A stretch of 64,000 nucleotides of DNA from an uncultured Gammaproteobacteria bacterium (GTDB lineage Bacteria; Patescibacteriota; Patescibacteriia; UBA11705; DATKZF01), in assembly GCA_964411255.1 (NCBI GenBank), contig CAYPKD010000003.1:16477-80476 (forward strand), in the 5' to 3' direction. Below are positions 59,540-64,000 of the stretch, piece by piece; within the stretch, counting starts at the first letter, position 1, and each line of letters starts with the position of its first letter. The notes below the pieces were generated by a model. That model saw nothing but the letters and a program-made list of their open reading frames with translations, did not search any database and was not told where the DNA came from. Made by a program: the position numbers and the translations under genes.

Positions 59540-59884
59540 TTATCCTTGAAGAGCGCTTAATATAAATTTAATTAAAACTCCTGCACCTAAAATTAAAACC
59601 AATCCAATTATTGAACTGGTTAAAATTTTCGTTGCCCTTGACACCCGCTCAGGATTACCAGCTGAAAAAATATATAAAAACCCTCCGATTACAAACATTA
59701 ACAATGCAATTGATCCGCTTATGCCTAAAATTATGCCAGCCACATTTGCAGCTAAATTTTCTATTGAATTCAAATTACAGCCAGAAGCGTCATTTAAGCA
59801 TTCATTCGGAACCAAAGAAGGCAGACCTGCATAGACTGGCATAGCAATAAGGAATAAAATAATGATTAAAATAAACTTTTTCAT
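59540..59884 (-). CDS. TrbC/VirB2-like pilin family protein, paralog 6
   Basis: 114 aa. FVIGGFLYIFSAGNPERVSRATKILTSSIIGLVLIL is a degenerate loop variant. A 3-nt gap separates it from the next gene. Confidence 0.5.
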   Translation of the reverse strand: MKKFILIIILFLIAMPVYAGLPSLVPNECLNDASGCNLNSIENLAANVAGIILGISGSIALLMFVIGGFLYIFSAGNPERVSRATKILTSSIIGLVLILGAGVLIKFILSALQG

Positions 59885-59950
59885 AAATCTAATTGTTAGA
59901 GGCTATATCGATATCAAGACATTAAACATTAAAAATTAGAAAGTCTTTGA

Positions 59951-61345
59951 CTATCTCCACGTCTGATTCACCCGACTGGCAGCCAGATCCATTGAGTTTG
60001 ACAAGCTTTCTCCTCCTAATATATCATTAATCATATCTTTAAAAACTTCTTCTGCTGCGTTTGCGTCTTTACCCCAGTACCAGCTCTTGGCAGTTAAAAT
60101 TTGATCAGCAAATACATCCAGATCTGGGTCATTTAACTGAGAGTTGATTAATGAACGTAGAGCTGTCGGCCTGTTAGCGCGATTAACATATTTTTCAGCT
60201 TCTTCTTGAGAAGTAATAAACTGAACAAAATTCCAGGAATGATTTATGCTCTTTGTTTTTTTAGAAACTGTTTCCACCCAATAATTTGCATAATTAAGTC
60301 TGTTATTTTCATAAACTTGCGGCACCTGAGAAATTTCAAAATTCAATTTTGGCGCTCTGGATTCTATCACTGGGATATGATATGAATAGCCAAAGAAAAA
60401 AGCAGATTGTCCGGCAATGAATGCATCTAAGGAATTTGGCAGGTCATTGTTCCAGGAATAAACTCCACTGTCAATCTGGGCAAAACTGGTATAAAACTTT
60501 AAGGCCTCTCTTCCCGGAGGTGAGGGAAGGCTTACTCCCGGAGGCATTTCTTGAAAAGTTGGGCCGCCTGTTTTAGTGGCCATTATGGTGCCGTTCTGCA
60601 TCATTAAAAGCGACAAAATATCAAAATGCCGAGTTACATTATCTGCTGTGCCCAAAGCTGCTCCAGATACTAAAATATTTCCTTCTGAATCTTTTTGGGT
60701 CAAAGATTGGACTTGCCCTATAAAATCTTCCCAATTTCTAGGAGGCTGCGGGATATTAGCATTATTTAATAAATCTCGATTATAAAATAAAACTAAAGTA
60801 TCCAAGCTTAAAGGCAGACCGTAAATCTTGTTTGTCGGCATTTCTGCTTCTGTATCTACCCAAACAACATCTTCTCCTACCACTTCTGGAAAAATGGAAT
60901 TAATATCTTTTATCGCCAAAGACGGCTTTACCTCAGTGATTACTCTTTCCTGTTTTCTAAGGTCACCCTCAATAATTTTTCTAGCCACCCGCACCTGGCT
61001 TGGCAAAGGAGTTGTCTTTGTGCGATATTCATTTATCCAGGTATTATGAACTGAAAAAATATCCGGCCCGCGGTCCTCGGCAAAAGCTTCAAGCAGCTCT
61101 CTCTCATACTCTTCATATCGAAACTGTCTGTAATTAATAGTAACGTATGGATAAATTTTTCTATAATCACTAATCAAAACCGCGACATCGCCCGAATCAT
61201 TCCACACTCCCCAATAATCTAAAACCACCGGATTGAGTGATGCTTGCTCACCATTGCCACCGCAAGTGACACCAGTAGTTAATAAAAATGCAAATATCAA
61301 TATTACAGAAAATGTTTTTATAATTTTATTCATATTATTTAACAA
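59951..61345 (-). CDS. ABC-transporter extracellular solute-binding lipoprotein (family 1, sugar type)
   Basis: A lipobox LLTTGVTCGG. The protein has a periplasmic-binding-protein fold of about 440 aa with MalE-like conservation. Confidence 0.65.
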   Translation of the reverse strand: MLNNMNKIIKTFSVILIFAFLLTTGVTCGGNGEQASLNPVVLDYWGVWNDSGDVAVLISDYRKIYPYVTINYRQFRYEEYERELLEAFAEDRGPDIFSVHNTWINEYRTKTTPLPSQVRVARKIIEGDLRKQERVITEVKPSLAIKDINSIFPEVVGEDVVWVDTEAEMPTNKIYGLPLSLDTLVLFYNRDLLNNANIPQPPRNWEDFIGQVQSLTQKDSEGNILVSGAALGTADNVTRHFDILSLLMMQNGTIMATKTGGPTFQEMPPGVSLPSPPGREALKFYTSFAQIDSGVYSWNNDLPNSLDAFIAGQSAFFFGYSYHIPVIESRAPKLNFEISQVPQVYENNRLNYANYWVETVSKKTKSINHSWNFVQFITSQEEAEKYVNRANRPTALRSLINSQLNDPDLDVFADQILTAKSWYWGKDANAAEEVFKDMINDILGGESLSNSMDLAASRVNQTWR

Positions 61346-62204
61346 CGTTTTTCAAATAATCTAAAAATTCTTTCTTTAATTTCGGATTTTTTAATCCAAA
61401 ATGGACATTTGCTCTCAAATAACCATGCTTGTTTCCACAATCATAATATTCTCCATCAAATTCATAAGCATAGCCCGGCTCCTTTTTTATTAATTTATTA
61501 AAACCGTCAGTAAACCATATCTCGCCGGACTTGCCTGCCTTAATATTTTCCAGTTCTTTAAAAATCTGTGGAGACAATACATATCTCATGCCCTGAATGG
61601 CTAAATTGGATGGGGATTTCTTTACTTCTGGTTTTTCAACCAAACTTTTTATTTTATGTATATGATCCTCGGATGAAATCGGATTAGCTATCCCATATCT
61701 GTCAACCAATTTTTTATCAACCTGCTTTACGCCCACATAATTACCCGGTTCTTTTTTATAACTGTCTAAAAGCTGCTTGGTCACTGGCACTTTGCTTTCA
61801 ATAATGCTATCACCGTCTGACAATACAAATGGTTCATTGCCAATAATTTCTTTCGCCATCAATACTGCATGGCCATTTCCTAATGGTTTATTTTGACGAA
61901 CATAAATGAATTTTGCCATTTGAGAAATTTTTCTCACCTCATGCAATATGTCTTTTTTTCCTTTACCCTCCAGCAGATGCTCTAATTCAAAAGACGGATC
62001 AAAATGGTCCTCAATTGCCCGTTTTGTCCGGCCAGTTACAAAAATTACTTCTTTAATGCCTGAAGCTACTAATTCCTCCACAATATATTGAATCACTGGC
62101 TTATCAACCACTGTCAGCATTTCTTTTGGCTGAGCAATTGTTGCAGGCAAAAACCTGGTGCCAAATCCAGCAGCAATTATCACTGCTTTTTTAATTTCTT
62201 TCAT
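61335..62204 (-). CDS. galU: UTP-glucose-1-phosphate uridylyltransferase
   Basis: KAVIIAAGFGTRFLPATIAQPKEMLTVVDKP and LGNGHAV are the GalU signatures. 289 aa. Confidence 0.85.
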   Translation of the reverse strand: MKEIKKAVIIAAGFGTRFLPATIAQPKEMLTVVDKPVIQYIVEELVASGIKEVIFVTGRTKRAIEDHFDPSFELEHLLEGKGKKDILHEVRKISQMAKFIYVRQNKPLGNGHAVLMAKEIIGNEPFVLSDGDSIIESKVPVTKQLLDSYKKEPGNYVGVKQVDKKLVDRYGIANPISSEDHIHKIKSLVEKPEVKKSPSNLAIQGMRYVLSPQIFKELENIKAGKSGEIWFTDGFNKLIKKEPGYAYEFDGEYYDCGNKHGYLRANVHFGLKNPKLKKEFLDYLKNVVK

Positions 62205-62295
62205 ACAAATACAAAAAAAACGAGAATGTTTATTCCATTATATTTTACCACATTTTGCTATTTGGGTACAAAGAATTTATAAACATGTTTAAATT

Positions 62296-62319
62296 GAAAA
62301 GAACATCCAAATGGATGTT
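62296..62319 (-). terminator. Terminator after the radical-SAM gene
   Basis: GAACATCC-ATTT-GGATGTTC is followed by TTTTCAATTT on the minus strand. Confidence 0.5.
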
Positions 62320-62331
62320 CTGTCCTAGTCT

Positions 62332-63468
62332 TCAGATCCAGCAGTCTGGATCTTCAGCTAGGTAGTCACTCTCTTTGGAATAAGCTCGTGCTCTGCAACC
62401 ACCACACTGATATTTTTTATTGCAAGATCCGCATTTTCCCTTTAAATTCATGTCCAGCATATTATGGACAATCTGACTTTGCCTGTATCTCTCTGTTATT
62501 TCCGTTATTGATAACGGAAAGACATTCATCATTGGTATAGGCAGCAAAGCGCATGGCGTCATTGTGCCATCAGCTCCCACATTGAATGTAACCGCAGCAG
62601 CAGAACAACCATCAAAAATCACCTGTCCAGCTTTGCCAACATGACTGATGCCACGAAGCAAACATTTCAACGGGTCATTGGTCTCTACTTTAAATCCGTC
62701 GGTGTAGCAAGCTTTCAATTGATATATGTTTTTCAAAAACTGATGCTTTTCTTCAGCACTCATCCATAAGTGTTGATCAGACTTGGCTCGACCAACTGGA
62801 TGAATTGCAGAAAAACTCACTCGCTTGCAGCCCAACTGATGAACAAAAGCCGCCATTTCAAACATTTGAGGAATTTGCTCCGGCCGTAAGGTCATTCTGG
62901 CAGACGAAATTACATTTGGCAGGTCAGCTGAAACAATCATGCGTAAAGCATTAATCGCCCTCTCAAACGCCCCTTGTCTTTGCCTGAATTGGTCATGCTC
63001 TGTTTCAACTAGGCTATCTAAACTGACAGACAAGGTGAATTTAGAAAAATTCAATCTTTTGATAAGTTTCAAATGTCTCTTAGCCAATGCCCATCCATTA
63101 GTAGTCAAAGTTACAGACTGACCTCCGTTTGCCCTTACTTTTTTCAATACTTTCTCAAACTGGTGATGAAGCAATGGCTCACCGCCAGATAAAAGTATTT
63201 CTTTATAGCTAGGGCTAAACTGGCGGGCAAACTTCACAATCTTTAAGATCTGCTTAATGGGCATATCCTGCTTCAACTCGTTCGCTGCACGACAATGCTG
63301 ACATGTCATATTACATCGGCCAGTTATTTGAATCTGTATTTGCCCAAACTGTATCTGATAGATTGCTTTTTCAGTTTCTACTTCAAGGCGCTTTTTAGTC
63401 TGTACAGAGTCAGATGAAAAACAACTGAAGCAAGAAAATTCATCTGGATGTGTTCTCATTTCAATCAA
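62332..63468 (-). CDS. Radical SAM enzyme with a C-terminal SPASM/twitch Cys-rich domain (peptide-maturase-like)
   Basis: The GRCNMTCQHC motif (CxxxCxxC) sits near the N-terminus. The C-terminus carries about 7 further Cys (CALLPIP...CGSCNKKYQCGGCRARAY), typical of SPASM. The ORF track starts at a TTG at 63468 and the first ATG is at 63459. Confidence 0.7.
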   Translation of the reverse strand: MIEMRTHPDEFSCFSCFSSDSVQTKKRLEVETEKAIYQIQFGQIQIQITGRCNMTCQHCRAANELKQDMPIKQILKIVKFARQFSPSYKEILLSGGEPLLHHQFEKVLKKVRANGGQSVTLTTNGWALAKRHLKLIKRLNFSKFTLSVSLDSLVETEHDQFRQRQGAFERAINALRMIVSADLPNVISSARMTLRPEQIPQMFEMAAFVHQLGCKRVSFSAIHPVGRAKSDQHLWMSAEEKHQFLKNIYQLKACYTDGFKVETNDPLKCLLRGISHVGKAGQVIFDGCSAAAVTFNVGADGTMTPCALLPIPMMNVFPLSITEITERYRQSQIVHNMLDMNLKGKCGSCNKKYQCGGCRARAYSKESDYLAEDPDCWI

Positions 63469-63578
63469 TCACAAATTCTGCAGCTGCCCTTGCCAAGGTC
63501 AGCCTTGACCTTAGGTTTGGAAGACTGCTTTTTCTTTTTTACCAGAGCTTTTTTCTTTTTGGTTTTTGGCTTGCTCAT
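63465..63578 (-). CDS. 37-aa Lys-rich peptide, MSKPKTKKKKALVKKKKQSSKPKVKADLGKGSCRICD, a candidate precursor peptide
   Basis: The ATG at 63578 is preceded by AAGGAGG with a 6-nt spacer. The stop TGA overlaps the radical-SAM start codon, so the two are translationally coupled. Confidence 0.4.
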   Translation of the reverse strand: MSKPKTKKKKALVKKKKQSSKPKVKADLGKGSCRICD

Positions 63579-63821
63579 GCCAAACCTCCTTATATTCCAT
63601 AACCTTCCAATTTAGCTGAAAATTCAGGCTGAATTTTCACTTAGCAATATACGCTAAAAGGGCGGTTAATGGCTATGTGAACGAACGCCCTCAACATTGC
63701 TGAAGGTATTTAAATCTTATTATTAAATAAAAAAAATTGCAAATTCAAATAACATTTGACATTATAATTAATTTATAATAAATTTAACTGATGGCTTTTG
63801 TAGCAGAATAAGGAGGGCAAA

Positions 63822-64000
63822 ATGAAAAAAACTAAATTGCGATTTTACATTTTGAGTGTTTTAATTTCATTTTCTATTATTGCCTGCGGACCAGATAAAT
63901 TTATTTCAAGAAATAATCTATTTATCAATCCGCGCGACAGCGGGGATCCAGACGGAGTAAACATTGAACCTCATATAAAATGTAAACCAAATTCAGAAAT
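63822..64000 (+). CDS. Lipoprotein whose 3' end lies beyond the window
   Basis: ATG at 63822 follows AAGGAGGG. MKKTKLRFYILSVLISFSIIACGPDK gives a signal peptide and lipobox. Confidence 0.4.
   Translation, partial: MKKTKLRFYILSVLISFSIIACGPDKFISRNNLFINPRDSGDPDGVNIEPHIKCKPNSE

Noticed and set aside
56152-59884. A complete type IV secretion or conjugation locus
   Set aside because: Only pilin-like genes are present. No VirB4, VirD4, VirB6, relaxase or oriT-like sequence appears in the window.

Overview
This 64-kb window is low-GC chromosomal DNA, roughly 30-35% GC by eye with several islands near 50%. Its organisation looks like a Candidate Phyla Radiation (Patescibacteria-type) bacterium. Most genes carry strong GGAGG-type ribosome-binding sites that match the 16S 3' end CCTCC, and several have near-consensus TTGACA-N17-TATAAT promoters. 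The 16S rRNA gene stands alone, with divergent universal-primer sites. There is a Val-Ile-Phe-Pro-Gly tRNA cluster. The window holds many large polytopic GT-C-like membrane proteins, six tandem TrbC/VirB2-like pilin paralogs, and four consecutive lipoproteins built from tandem PEGA-like repeats. Recognisable housekeeping genes are rpsP, a KH-domain protein, trmD, smc, a class A penicillin-binding protein, ruvC, a YebC-family regulator, galU, truD, split coaB/coaC, a ZIP transporter and a sugar-type solute-binding protein.

The accessory regions worth attention are:
(1) a minus-strand cluster, 20.6-27.6 kb, encoding a vWA protein, an unusual Ser/Thr-kinase fused to an NMNAT-like nucleotidyltransferase, an ADP-ribosylglycohydrolase, an amidohydrolase, CoaB and CoaC, bracketed by two copies of a 139-nt structured repeat;
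(2) a cluster, 43.4-49.3 kb, of three tandem cyanophycin-synthetase-like ATP-grasp ligases, a RimK-like ATP-grasp fused to a retropepsin-like protease, and a PKD-7TM protein;
(3) a roughly 50% GC island, 37.7-40.4 kb, carrying a Ro60/TROVE (Rsr) homolog and an upstream array of degenerate roughly 100-nt repeats that may be Y-RNA-like;
(4) a radical-SAM/SPASM enzyme translationally coupled to a 37-aa Lys-rich, Cys-containing peptide, a candidate RiPP pair;
(5) a rearranged duplicate of the tRNA-Gly 3' end, iteron-like 8-mer repeats, and several candidate structured RNAs.

All calls rest on reading the sequence and on family knowledge. No database searches were run. Non-CDS coordinates may be off by 1-2 nt.
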